From NCBI GenBank assembly GCA_048013815.1, contig CM106586.1, positions 21,142,001-21,206,000 on the forward strand: a stretch of DNA of 64,000 nucleotides. The letters run 5' to 3'. The translations under genes were made by a program, and so were the position numbers. Shown here in pieces: positions 1 through 13,100 of this stretch. Under the pieces are notes generated by a model that did not search any database, was not told where the DNA came from, and saw nothing but the letters and a program-made list of their open reading frames with translations. This DNA comes from Setoptus koraiensis (lineage: Eukaryota > Animalia > Arthropoda). How positions within the stretch are numbered: the first letter of the stretch is position 1; each line of letters opens with the position of its first letter.

Positions 1-2131
1 AGATAAGGCGCGCATGTTCAATCTTTGGCGCAGCCACGGACACCAGGCATCATCTGGGACCATTCATCTGGGCGCTTCTCTATGGGAACACTTGCGCTGG
101 CCGGCGCCCTAAACACGCGCTTCTCTCGCGTTCTTCGCGAGGCTTCTCTCGCGTTCTCGCGTTCTCGCGTTCTTTTCTTTGTGTGCTCGGCGCAGCAGTT
201 TGTGCAGCCAAGCGGGAGCGGCCACAAGCGATCGAACGGCAGCCACTTACGCCCTCGCCCAGCTAACGAGCAACAAGTGGCCGCATCGGCACAAATAATC
301 AAACAAAATACCTCAAGCCTGGCCTGATTGATCGCTTCTTCTTGGCGGCGCAAATGCAGCGATTCTTGCGTTTGTCGGTTGGCACTTGTCAGCTCTCGGC
401 TCTCAGTTCTCGATTTTCTGGCCGACGTTGCCACTTGGCCGGCCGGTCATGTAAATGAGTGACGAGCGACGCCGCTTGCCCGTAATCAGCGCCAACAATC
501 ACGGCTCATCTCTCATTGCTCATCGCTCTCGCTTAGGCCAACGCATTGGCCCGAGAAAACTTTTCTCAGAAAATGCCCAAAAGAGAGATCGCTCGCTGAT
601 TGTGTGCGCGGCGGATAAACTCAATTGGAAACGTATTATTAGTTTGATATCGAGCCACTGTCTCACACTTCGTTTGCGCCAACCGCCAACAGGTGAACAG
701 GCAACTGTTCGCATCGCGGCCAAGGGTCGCATCGACACACGTAATCGCGCGTGATTGTCAGCTTGACCACTGGCGAGGCGCGATGCGAAAGCGCCCTCTC
801 TGGGCTGGCCGCTGCAACTCGAGGTTGCAGCTTTGCGCTGGTTGTAACTTGGCGCTGGTTGCGCGCCGCCTGCCGACGAAACAGCGCTGTGACAAATATG
901 CAATATGCATGTACATAAATGTAGTTCTTACGACCAGCTTGCCGTGTTTGCATGAATGGTCGATAGTCGCGACAGAACGCGGATCGCGCCAGTCGTGTCG
1001 CCACGATGCGGCCATTCGTGTCGCCACGATGCGGCCATTCGTGTAATAATAATCTACACATAATTTAACTTGTTAGCTCAATTGGAGCCAGCTGAAATGG
1101 TTTAAATCATAAATTGATTCGGGCTGTGTGCTCGCGGCGAGCTTGCACCGGTTGCCGCCAGGCTGAAATTTTCGCCGGTCACTGTCGCCGGTCACTGTCG
1201 CCGATCACTGTGGCCGGTCGCTGAGTGACCAGCGACAAGCGCGAGCGGGGCCAAAGTGGCAAAGTGGCCGTGGCAGTGCGGCCCAATCCAATTATGTTTG
1301 TCCATTTGTTGCTGATTTGGCGCAGCCACTTCAAATGGCCACGCCGAATTGGCAAGCGGGCAAACCGGCGGTGGTCGCAAACACTTGATCACACAGCGGC
1401 TCTCTATTATGGACCGATAATAAAGAGCCAACGAAGGCAATAATAATAATGATGCCAAAGAGAATAGCCGACCCATGATAATAAGCGCACAAGCGAATTC
1501 GAAGCCGAAGCGGCGGCTTCGAATTCGGACAGGTGCGCGTGCTCACGTCGATCGAATTGACAGGTTGATTCGCTGGCATCGGTCGCACACAAACAAAGCA
1601 ACGAGCGTTCGCTCGAACCTTTTTGTTCTCGGCGCTCTGTGCGCGCCTTTCAATTGGCCTCTCAAGCGCGCCTTCACCTTTAGCATCGCCAATGGACGAC
1701 GACGACGACCGGCTCGCACTGTCAAACTCACTGACAGCCACTGACCAGCTGACTGGCCAGCTGACAATTGTGAATGCGCTCGCACAATGCGACGCAGCCG
1801 CCGACACTCACAACAGGTGAGCGATGGCGCTGTCAGTGGGTCACACGCGAATCGTTGATTCATGAAATATGTGCCCTCGTCGTATGACGCAATCATACCA
1901 CGGTCTGTGTCAGTGTGTGTGTGTGTGTCAACGTCAGCTGACTCCAACAGAATGCGTGTCGGTATGTCGATATGTCGGTATGTCGATATATCAATATGTC
2001 GGTATGTCGATATGTCGACAATGGCCACAAACAACGGCACTACAGTTATGCAACATGACCGACGGCAGCGCCGTCTAGTGTCGCAATGCCAGTACCAGTG
2101 ACTGGTCGTCAGTGTCACGCCGGCAGTGTGC

Positions 2132-2133
<2 letters not shown>

Positions 2134-2206
<73 letters not shown>
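2134..2206. repeat. (GT)~36 microsatellite
   Basis: Uninterrupted GT run. Confidence 0.97.
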
Positions 2207-2207
<1 letters not shown>

Positions 2208-2640
2208 CCAGACGGCTTCGCAGCGACCGAGAGAACGAGAGCGAGGAGATAATTCGAGTTGTGGGCATGATTGGGGCGCGCTTTGGTTGCAATTCGAACG
2301 CACACTCGGCACTTGCAAACGCGACACAGAGCAACGCCGAGCCGCTCAATCGGCGAGCCGCTCAATTGGCGAGCCGCGTGAATGTCAAGTGGCAACAGTT
2401 GTCATCGTTGTCAATTGAATTAGTGCAACAATTACTCTTCGAATGGTTGCATCACACTGTCAATAGAAAACAGCTGAGTGGACCATTGTCATTGACATAA
2501 TCGATAGCTTGCGTGCCTCTCTGCCTCGCTCTGCACGTTGTTGCCTTCAGATTGTGAATTGTTGTCAAAACAGACAACAATTCACTTGTCAGCCCACAAA
2601 AATAGGCTGAGAATTCCGCCAGGGGGCGCGCTCGCGAGTG

Positions 2641-2740
2641 TCACCTGTGCCCGTGGTACGGGCATCGTCATATGACTCACACTAGTACCCGTAGTGTGAC
2701 TCACATGTGTCATATGTCAGCTGACCGATGACATGTGACC
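2641..2740. promoter_or_regulatory. Candidate enhancer: dense E-box cluster
   Basis: Seven CANNTG in ~100 bp (CACCTG, CATATG x2, CACATG, CATGTG x2, CAGCTG). Function is inferred only. Confidence 0.35.
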
Positions 2741-4456
2741 GGCCGCAAGTAGCGGCACAACGGCCACTGACCACTGCAGACCGGCGACTGCAGCGACGCC
2801 ACTACGCGCCGATCAATTCAATTCAATCAGATTAATCAGTTTAATTAATTAGATCAGTCAATTGTCGTTGCTCGCATGGCTCGCACAGAGAGTTTGTTAC
2901 ATGTTACGGCCGTGTCACCAGAATGTAATCAGAATGTGACCAGAATGTGACCAGGATCTGACCAGAATGTGACCAGAATCTGATGCGAGTTGCACAGTCG
3001 AGGCGCAGTTGTGCGACTCGCAACTTGCGGGGGCCGGGTCAACGGTCGCGGCCAACAACGCCGCTCATTTGCATACATCGTTTGTGTGGCCAGTTTTTTG
3101 CCAGTGGCCAGTCTCTCGGCCAGTCGCATCAGACAACTGGCCAGCCTGGTGGGCGAATAACAAACGACCAAGCGTCTAATCTTGTGTGTCCATCAAATAG
3201 ATCGTTAGTGCGTTTGTTTGTTTATCATTATCATTGTCGTGTCCATTTTAATTGCTGCGCTGTCCGCCGGCGACAGGCGGCACTGTCGTACATGAGTGTG
3301 CTCCGGTGCCCATTAGCTGCCCGTCATGTGGCGCTCGATGAAGCGGCGGGCCTCTTATTAGAGCGCATGTGGCCAACACTTGTTCTCGTCGCCGGGCTGC
3401 CGACGCTCGAAGCCGTCATTGTATCATGCGTTCCATTATAGGCGACGAAGCCGGTCAACGCGCACACAATTCGAAACGGTCGCGCCAGTTTGCGCCAGTG
3501 CGAGCCAGTGCGAGCCAGTGCGAGCCAGTGGTCAGTCGCAAATTGAATTAGCATGTGGCCGACACACTGGCCGGCGGTAGCGCGTGCAAGCCCGCATCGC
3601 GGACGCGAACAAAAAAGCAACTGTCAGTTGTGTCACTGATCACTGTCATGTTTGCTGCCGCGTTTCCAGTTCGAACTGGCGCGCTTCGAATTCGAGCCGG
3701 CGTGCCCCGAGTTCGAACTGCGACGGTTCGCGGTTCGCGGTTCGCCCTTCCAACTGCAACCGTCGCTTCGAATCCCGAATTCGAGATTCGCAATTCCGCG
3801 AACCGAGAACGGCGAACGGCGAATTGAGAACCGAGAACCGCGAAACGAGAACTCACGCACACGAGCCGCTCTCGCCGTGCGCATCACAATTGATTTTTTG
3901 CTCGCTCCATCACCTACTATCGTCATGAGATCTCGTCCATCTGGCTGTCGCAATCGCATTTTTTCAGGCTCGAATTTGTGTCGTCTGTTGTTATCGTCTG
4001 TTTCGTCGCCGGGCCGTCGTAACCGGCGTTTGCGCAGCAATCATGCAAATGCCGGCTATGCAAATGGGCCGAATTAGGCGTGACAGGTTGCAAAATTTGT
4101 GCGCGATTGCGGGATTTGCACTGATGCTGCGAAAACGATGGCCCGGCAGCGCATCGTTTGTGGGCGCACAAATTCTCGTCAGCTCCCGAACGATTTGACC
4201 CATTGGATCGCATGGGCTCGCTAGCGGCCACAAATTTCGCGGCCGGTCAAGTCTGGCCGCGAGGTCAAGTCTGGCCTGAAACGCGCCCCAAGAAAACGAA
4301 CTCACAAATTGTCACTCACAAATATTTGTCAGCCACAAATCAGCATGATTTATGGCTGAGTTCGTATTCATTCATTCCGTTTTGTTTGGCTGACATGGTC
4401 GCAAACTGTTGCGCTCACTTGGGCGAGACGGCAGCAACAAGTTTGTGGTATCACGA

Positions 4457-5305
4457 GGCGCAAGCCAATGCGCAACATCTCACCTGTTGCTGGCTCGTGG
4501 CGCTAGCACGAGTTGCGCACCACCGAATGCACCGGATGCATTCGATCGCAATTGCATCACAACATTGTCAACAATCGCAACATGCCGCTCGAAAACGAAA
4601 ACATTGCCAATGGCGAGCTTCGACGGCCTTGATAACCGTACCAACACTGATAAATCAGCAGTGGTAAGCGTTACGTAACGAGCAAAAAGTTTGTTGCGAC
4701 GAGCGGCTCGCTGCGGTGGCGTCAATATCACTTTGACAAGTGCCAAAAATGAGTAGCTTCGTCGCGACGCTCGCGCCGTTCAGTAGCGGATCACTATGAT
4801 GTATCAGTGTCACAATACGCCGCCATACAATCTCTGACACTCGGCATCCGTTTTGCAAAAATCGAGACGCTCTTTGTGCGTTTGGACAAGTGCCGAAGCG
4901 AGTTAATTTGTGCGAAATGCATGCCAAATATCGGAAATTGTATGCAGCGAGATCACGCATCTATTACATCATAGTGATCCACAACTGAACGGCGCGAGCG
5001 TCGGGAGGATGCAAATCCTTTTTGGCACTTGTCAAAGTGACATTGACGCCACCGCAGCGAGTCGCTCGACGCCACAAACTTTTTGCTTGTCATGTAACGA
5101 TTATCACTGATGAGCTGATCTCGCTATGCAGAGTCTGGGAGTTTGCGACGGCAATGCCCGGAAATACTCCTTTTCAGCCAACAGTTCAACAGAATTTCTA
5201 GCGCTGCGTAATGAGACACGAAAACAATCACAAACAACTACTGTATCTCGTCGACTTGGCAAATTATCGCTAACGAGCTGGCCATCGCCAAATGGTCGCC
5301 TGGCT
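4457..5305. mobile_element. Foldback/MITE-like non-autonomous element, copy 1 (inverted arms 4655-4803 and 4965-5113 around a 161-bp core)
   Basis: The arms are reverse complements of about 149 bp, and the whole unit is homologous to 23721-24561. No ORF or TSD was identified. Confidence 0.65.
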
Positions 5306-8014
5306 GCATTGTTGAAACTCTGTCATTCTATTTTTAAGCATAGCAAAAACCTGACATTATCTGTCCACAGGCGGAACGGGCCAAGCTAGTCGGGGCATTC
5401 GGAAAAACGGCTTGATATTGTTGATCTGGGTGAATTGAGTCACTAGAGAACGGCAACACTTACATCGCGATTTTCCAACGAATATTGGCCGTTTTACAAC
5501 GACCACCGCTGGCCGATGCAGCGGCCCGTTGTCGCCACGCAACACGATATTGCGCCACCGGGAAACGAGATCATGAGCGAGCGAGCTCAAACATGTCGGG
5601 CTGAATATGTTTGCCGGTATTAGCAGCGTTTTCCGATAAATGGCTTGTAGCAGCATGAGAAAAGCGCGCGTATGGGCAAATCATAACTTGTTGTAATTTA
5701 TAACTTATGTAACCATCGAATTTGTATTGAATTTCGAGTCATCATTGTTGCGTCAGTGGGCCAGTTGCATTGTTGCGCATGACACACGCACAAAAGAATG
5801 AGCACCAATGGAATTGAGCTTGCTACTGAGCTGATAACTGAGCCATAGATGAACGCATTGGCTTCGATTCGGGCCTCACGCTGTGCGCCGGCCTGAAATG
5901 TGCCCAGGATTTGATAAGTATCCGTGTCAGCTCATGCTGCTGGAACGGCATTTTGGAGCGCATCGCTTGGAAAGTTTCAGTCTGAAAGGAAAAGTTTTGG
6001 CCGCTTTGAGGCGGCAGCCTGCTGAATACAAATCCATATTTATCCATGTCATGCCATTTCTCGCTTGGGCGCGCTTCTTTTCTCGGACCTTGTCTTGTTT
6101 TTGTGCCGTGTGTGCAAGCGCAGCAACCTGTTGCACAAGCCACCAACAAGGAACACGACGCCATGAGAGAATGGTACGCGGTGCGCGGAACGGGCGCCCA
6201 TGGAGCGGGCGTGCAAATTTTTATGATAATTCGGCTCAATAATTTGTTTGATGGCGCGCCCAGTCGCTCAACTGTGGCGACCTTGCGCCAGTCCACAGAG
6301 CAGAGAGTTTTGATAAGAGAGAGAGAGAGAGTTTGCATAACGGAACGGCTCGGCATCTCGATGGGCTCAGCGTATCGATGGACTCAACATGGTCGAACGG
6401 GCCAAGGTGAAGTGTGACAGGTGAGTGAGCTCGACAAGTGTTTCGCGGCAACTTGAGCGAGTGAGCAGCTCGAGCAGCGACAGCCAACGACGCCGACCAA
6501 CAGGCGACGCTGCCCACGATATCGACTGGCAATGTTTATTTTTCGCTATTTTTCGCTATTCTTCGCTATTTTTCGCTATTTTTCGCGTCTACTGACGCGC
6601 CCTCGCCTGTTCGAAGCGCCGCTTTGTTGCCAGATCGCCAATGCGAGATAAAGTCTGAGAATTCAATCGCATGCAAATGTCAAACAGCAGGCTCCAATCA
6701 GCGGCGACGCACCGAGAGACAGTTATGCGAATCAACGAGGGATCGGGTCGCACAACTGTCCGCATAACTGTCACTTGAATCGCCATGCCAAATCACTGTC
6801 GAGTAGGCCGAATCGCCGAATCACCATCGAATGCGCCAAATGCAAACTGAATGCGCCAGAAGGAAGCGCTTCGAAGGCAAACAAACACTTATGCATATAC
6901 AAATGTATATGCAGAAAAAAAAAGAAAGTATACACAGTATACTTGTGGTCAAGCATATACATGCCAAGTATATATATGCGATGAGATGCTAGATAAACAA
7001 GACCGAGATTGATGTAACGAATTGATGAATGAACACTCTCCGAAAAGTCTCGGCCGTAATGGGCCTGTCGCAGGATAAAGGCGCGCACAAACTAACTAAC
7101 AAACTAAATCTTGCAATTCCAAACGATTTGGCCGGCGAAACGAGCGCTGTTATTTATTGGCCTCTGTCGGTACCTGTTGCCGGCCCGCATCAGCGTCGCC
7201 CATCTACGGCCATAATACCAATACGATACCATAATGACAACAACCGCTCGTGCAACACGATACTCTCGACACTCTACACTTGTCCATAGTCCATTGTATA
7301 GAGGACGCTGCTGTCGAGGGCAACACGCAAGCAGCATCTCAGAGGTTAGATGCTAGAGGACCGACAAGTGAAAATTTCATCAGAATTGTTTCTGACCTCA
7401 TTTTGTGTATTTTCGGGCGAAAAAATCACTGAAAAAGAACGCACGAACAGAAACGAAAGGACGAACATAAAATCCGATACGACAACAACGATCGCCAGTG
7501 GCGAGAATCGTGTGCAAAATAACGCGCCACAATATCGATGTATATCAATTGAATATATACGCTGAATATATCTGCATATTGGCAGCAAGTGGACAGCATG
7601 CTGTGTCAGCCCATGTTGTCAGTTACGTAACTTATGTAGTGCCAGTTGTCGCTAGAGCCGGCGGGACGGGCGCGGAGGCCAGGCAAAGGCTTCGAGGTTT
7701 GAAAGGCCGATTCGAGGCTCGAATCGGCGTATTGACAGGCCAACAATGGGCAATTATTATTATTTTTTTTTTATTAGTTATTACTACAATCATCATTCTA
7801 ATTAGCAGCGTCAATTATTGCATCATGATCATAATCAGTGTAATTAGTGTAACTTGAAAATTGGTATCATATCGGTATGAGTTGTTGGCACAAACACATT
7901 AATTATGACACACAATTACATCATGATGCAATCACAGCATGGTGAGCTCACCTCAGTGACTGTCGGTGACTGGACACTGTCGGCCAACAATGAAATTGTT
8001 GTCTCAACTTGTTG

Positions 8015-8054
8015 TGCAATGTGATGCAACAATGCATTGTTGCATCACATTGCA
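8015..8054. repeat. Perfect 40-bp spacerless palindrome
   Basis: TGCAATGTGATGCAACAATG|CATTGTTGCATCACATTGCA. Confidence 0.95.
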
Positions 8055-10006
8055 TCACAAGCGTATGCGTGTCTGCAAGATAATAACAATAATATCAGCT
8101 GATTGCAGCGTACTTACAATAAGCGAAATAAATCCAATCTAACGAGCTGCTTACTCTCTGGCTCACAAGATGAGTGAGACGCAGTGAGAGTGACGCAACA
8201 ATGGCCATTTTTTGGTGGTGGTCAGTTTGTAAGTGAGCTAATTGCTAATGCGCGTAGCTCCTGTTTTGTGCTGTCCAGTCTTGAGTTGTCTGTTGTTATT
8301 GGTCGCTGTTATTCTCTATTATTGTTGTTATTGGCCGCAGTTATTCTTCATTATTGTTGTTATCGCGAGCCTCATCTTTTTTGGCGTGCGTCCATTGGAC
8401 AATCGTGGCCATGACGGTCATCGTTACCGATTAAGCGGCGCGCGATTGCGTTATTATCCGAGCGAGAAATGAGCAGATAAGATCGGTTTGCCGCAGAATT
8501 TTGCTCGCTCTCTCTCTGTCTCGCTTCTTTTTTCTCGTCTGGTCTTGCACAACACACACACACACACAATAAAACCAGAGATTCCTCTTCAGATCATCAT
8601 TGCATAGGATAAGACAAATGCTAATGGCACAGCCACTAATCGCCAATTGGACGGTAGCGACGCCGACGGACACAGGAATTAAACGCTGCAGCTCATTAAC
8701 GCACATCACTCATCTTTCGCTATTTAAATCGCTCTCTCTCGTTTGCACTGATTTCATTTCGCCCGACGCGCTGATATCGATGCCCGTCAGTCTGGCCACT
8801 CACGGTCGCCACTTCACAACTCACCTGTGCGAAGCTCACCTGTTAGAAGCTCATATGTTCGAAGCTCGCCTGTGCCCGGTCGCTTCTGGCTGCATCTGGG
8901 TGCATGTGGCTGCCGCGTTCGCGACCCGAAGCGCGTTTCGTATCGCTGGCGATCAATTGTCTGCCGTTCGCAAACGAGCGAGAAACAGGCAGCGAGAAAC
9001 AGAGGCCGCTTATGATTGATGGGTGCGACAGCCAACTGTTGCTCGGAGAGCATCGAAGATCGGGCTATTCCGCGTCATCGGGCTATTCCGCGTTTTCGGG
9101 CCATTTTGCGTTTTCGGGCCACTTTGCGTTTTCGGGCTGTTACGCACTTTCACTTATGCTGGCGCTCGCAAACGAAACGCATTTTTCGTCGCTGTTTCAA
9201 GCGGCCAAAGTGGCCAAAGTGGCCCGAGCGGCCCAGCGCGCAGCAGTGGAATGGAGCATAATTTTCTGCTTCGGTGCATACATGTCGCCGCTAAATTGAT
9301 TTGTTTGTTGCATTGCCACCGGCTTCTGTTCTTATCGGCGATTGCTATCGATTATCGATAGTATCAATTTCTTTTTGCTGCGCCCAGTTTATCCACTTTT
9401 GCCAGCCAGCCAGCCAGCGTTTTCGTTTTATAAATCGCACACTGGAAACAACGAATCAATTTCAAACAAATCTGTCTTTTCGTCACCTGACACTGCCACT
9501 GCTTTTTCGCGTTGCTCGTTGCCTGTCGCCTGGTCAGTTTTTCACTCGGGCAACCAGCAATTACAGCCTCACACAACAATCACAATCGAGCCACTGTTTT
9601 TGGCCGGCCGAAACAGCTATGGGCCGAAAGTTTCAGCCGGCCTTGATCGTCGACAAAGCGGCCAGTGGCGCTTGACACGGTGCATTTAGTTGCCGGCAGC
9701 AACACTTTGACATGTAACTGGAGCCGAGTTGCGGGCCGTTTATGCGGGTTCGCTCGCACAAAACTTGCCGGCTGCTCTGACATCATCGGGCCGCTCCGAT
9801 GGCAGCGACAAGCGACCATTATAACAAGTGCAACTGGCTGTCTCAACAAGTGCAACTCCAGTTTTTGTCCATGTCAGACAGAAAATGGCCGACAGAAAGT
9901 GACGGCTCTTTGATTGCACGCGCAAGTTTTATTTGCGCGGCACGGTGACACACGATACAGCTCGTTTGGGCGAGAAAATGTCTCGAGATTCCCGAGTCAA
10001 GAACGG

Positions 10007-10161
10007 AGAAATATTCCGAACCGCTCCGAAATTTTCCGAAATGCTCCGAAATATTCCGAAATGCTCCGAACCGCTCCGAAATATTCCGAAATGCTCCGAA
10101 ATGCTCCGAACCGCTCCGAAATTCTCCAAAATTTTCAGAAATGCTCCGAAATATTCCGAAA
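10007..10161. repeat. 10-bp minisatellite (CCGAAATATT/CCGAAATGCT/CCGAACCGCT variants, ~15 units)
   Basis: Tandem 10-nt periodicity with a constant CCGAA and a variable second half. Confidence 0.9.
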
Positions 10162-13100
10162 CCAGCCAGCGCACCGCAGCTATGGTTCTAATTATCGCCC
10201 ATTGCGATAATCAGTGCCAGCAGACCACTGGCAGCAGCGCAGTGAACGGCCATTTGGAGCCAATCTACACGACGACACTATACGTATAATACCATCGAAT
10301 GTCCATTCAATGGCGTCATAGACGCCGAAGAAGCGGATAAACACACGCCCATCACATCATGCTGTCAGCATACTAATTATGCTAATGACCATTCGTGGCC
10401 CACATTATGTGGGCCACATAGCTCACCAAGTTCCTTCGAAAAGAAAAAGAAAAAATTGCTCCGCTTCCTGATAAATATATTATAACATATTGTATGCTGT
10501 AACTGGTGAGAACTCCACAAGAGGGCGCAAAGCTTTTGTGGCTTGGTCGCTTGTTCGGGCCACACCAGCTTTCGTCGTTCGTTGTTGATTTGTGTGTGTC
10601 GAGCTTGCATCAATCACTGCCGGTCAAGCAGTTTGTGACAAGTATATTTGTTGTTCACGCGACTGGACACAGGACAGGGCAACCCCAAACGTGCGTTTGA
10701 AATGTGCGTTCGTCAGGAATTGTTTCAATTGAATTACAAATGAGCTCTCAGTTTCAAAAGAATTCAAGTTCATGTTGTGTGTCACTGTGCCAACGGGCTG
10801 TCACGGCAACAAAGTTTGTTAATTGGTGTTTTACTAATACTAATCGATGTGTTTGTCATAAAACCGTTGTTTACAACCGACCGATCGATGATTATCGATG
10901 CAGCCGAGTGGCGCTTTTTTGTGCTCATTTGCAGCATTAGTTGTCATTCTGGAATCAGTTTGGCCGATCCCTGACCAATGGCAGGCACCGACACAAATTA
11001 ACATCAAATGTCGCTCGGTCTGGCATGATTATTGGAAGCATGTGGTCAGAGCGTGTCCCGCATCCTCTGATTTTCCAGTGCCAGATGCCGTCGTTGCACT
11101 GGCAAGTTTATTTATATGCAAATTAGGGCAAACGAGGCGTGACACACAACGAGATATCACTGGCTGCAGTTTGTTTGCTCGCGGCCCTTATTCCATGGCT
11201 GGCTCTGGAATTGGCCGATTGGCGACCTTCGCCACGCCGATCTCAGCGCATTCTCGCATTTCTGGCCCGACCGATCGGCCGGCTGGAATCGGCTGCTATT
11301 GATGAATCGCGAATTCGAAATGCCCGTCGAATCGGGCCGATCGAATCGGCAAGATTGTCAACGACGTCGTTGATCACCTGAACTGACCGACGCACGCCAC
11401 GCCACGACATATCCGGCCGGCGCGAACTGTTGCCGGCGAGTTGGGTTCGGGCGACTTCGGGCCACTTCGGGGCTGATTTCTGGCCGACGCGCGGCCACAG
11501 CGAGCGTTTCGGGCCGTTCGGGCCGGTGTTGTGGCGTGCGCGTTTGGGCGGACTGCGGTGGCAGGCTGATTATGTGCGAACGCGGCCGCCAACTCACCCG
11601 CTGCGCAAGCAAACTCTGGCAATGTGAGCAACAAGACAAACTGGCCTGCATTGGCCACTACTTTCGTTTGCCGTTGTGAGGGCGGCGGCCCCCAACGGAG
11701 CGCTTATTACCAACTGTTGATACCAGGATTTATTGCATTTGCACTCGTGAGCTATCACTCTTTTATCGCTCTCTCTTGCTGCTTGCTGTGTTGCTCTTGT
11801 TGTGTTTCGAATTAACAACCGTTTACTACAACCATTTCGGCCAATTCCTGCGCTAATTTGCTGCGCAAGTGCACTTGTTGCCCGCCTAGTCAGTAGTGCG
11901 TAGTGGTCAGCGGTTGAGCCACCACTGACCACTACGCTTTGCGAGACTCACCTGGCGCACTCTGTAGTGGTCAGTCGGCGCACTCACGCAACTCATTGGA
12001 GTGGCTTACCTGTGCACAGGTAAGGAGTGTATGTAATTAATGATGTGACAGGCGAGCAGCGTCGTGCTGCCAGTCGCATCACAATGCCGGCCACGCGGTC
12101 ACCTGTTGCGAGTGGCTCCAGTTGGGGCCATAAAAGTGCCCGCTGACCGGCTGCACTTGAATGGACCGAGCTGGAGATTTGCTCGAGTTTGAGAAATTTC
12201 CCAATTGCCTCAGCAATTCGCAAGCGCGCCACAGCGAACCAGAGCGCAAACGAAATTCCTGAAAATACTGGCAGCGTATTTTTGCTGACTTTGCGGACGC
12301 TCACGAGCTGCCATCGATTCAACAACGAGCGTTTGTTGAATAACCAAACGTATGTGACAAGTTTGCGCAAGTGATATCAATGTTGGTATCACTTGTTGCT
12401 GTTGGCCACTTACATCATACGTTATATTGATACTAGATGTAAGCTGGCGACGATGATACTGATAAATAATTAATCGCCATCGTTTGTTCGCTATCGTGTG
12501 CATTTTATCAGATAAACTTTATCGGATAAAGCTGGCCCATCAACGGCTGACCCAATGCAATTAGCACACCGACCAACCACCGATCAGCCATAGGTGCTGC
12601 CTGTGGTTCGCGATATGGCCACCAGCAAATGTCACCATCAGTCAAGTGACCATTACTCAAGCGATAGTTGTGCGCATGATGTAATTTATTGATTACAAAT
12701 CAACACAATCATTAGCAGCTTAGCTGGCATTAGTTGAACATTAATGTTACATAGCCGAGCAAGTTAAATTGATGTCCACTCGCTGCTGTCAACACAACCG
12801 GCCCACAAGTGAGCCGGCCACAAAATGCCCAACTGGTTGTGCTGGCCACAAAATGCCCAACTGGTTGTGTGCTGGCCATCTTGGCCAGGTGGCGCCAGCC
12901 GCCACTTGCAAACTGGCTCAACTCTGGCCCCTCGCCAAGACCGCTTGTGCTCGAGCTGGCCGAAAGGTGGCGCCAGTTCGCTGGCACAAACAGCTAGCTG
13001 AAACAGCTAGCTGAAGCAGCTAGTTGAAGTAGCCCAGTTGAAATGGTATGCCAGTGGCTAGTGGCCAGTGGCCAGTGTTGCTCGGTGCCTCGACAAATCA

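Noticed and set aside
1692-1816. Short ATG-initiated frame ending at CAG|GTGAGC as an alternative kirre first exon
   Set aside because: Its phase 2 end is incompatible with the phase 1 acceptor at 52454, and it has no signal peptide.
3700-3790. tRNA-like TTCGAATCCC
   Set aside because: There is no cloverleaf, D-arm or acceptor stem, and it sits within TTCGAA/GGTTCGC stutter repeats.
5106-5165. Hammerhead-like CTGATGAG...GAAA
   Set aside because: Stem II does not close onto C-GAAA, and no stems I/III or cleavage triplet were found.
5410-5620. Fragments faintly resembling a Gypsy integrase (DIVDLGEL..ENGNTYIAIFQ..WPM..IMSERA) or a DDE motif on the minus strand (DNGPLH)
   Set aside because: It needs several frameshifts and stops and the similarity is too short. 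Only a significant tBLASTx/HMMER hit to rve or DDE families would support it.
10007-10161. Repeat array superficially like CRISPR
   Set aside because: It consists of 10-bp tandem units with no unique spacers, there are no cas genes, and the context is eukaryotic.
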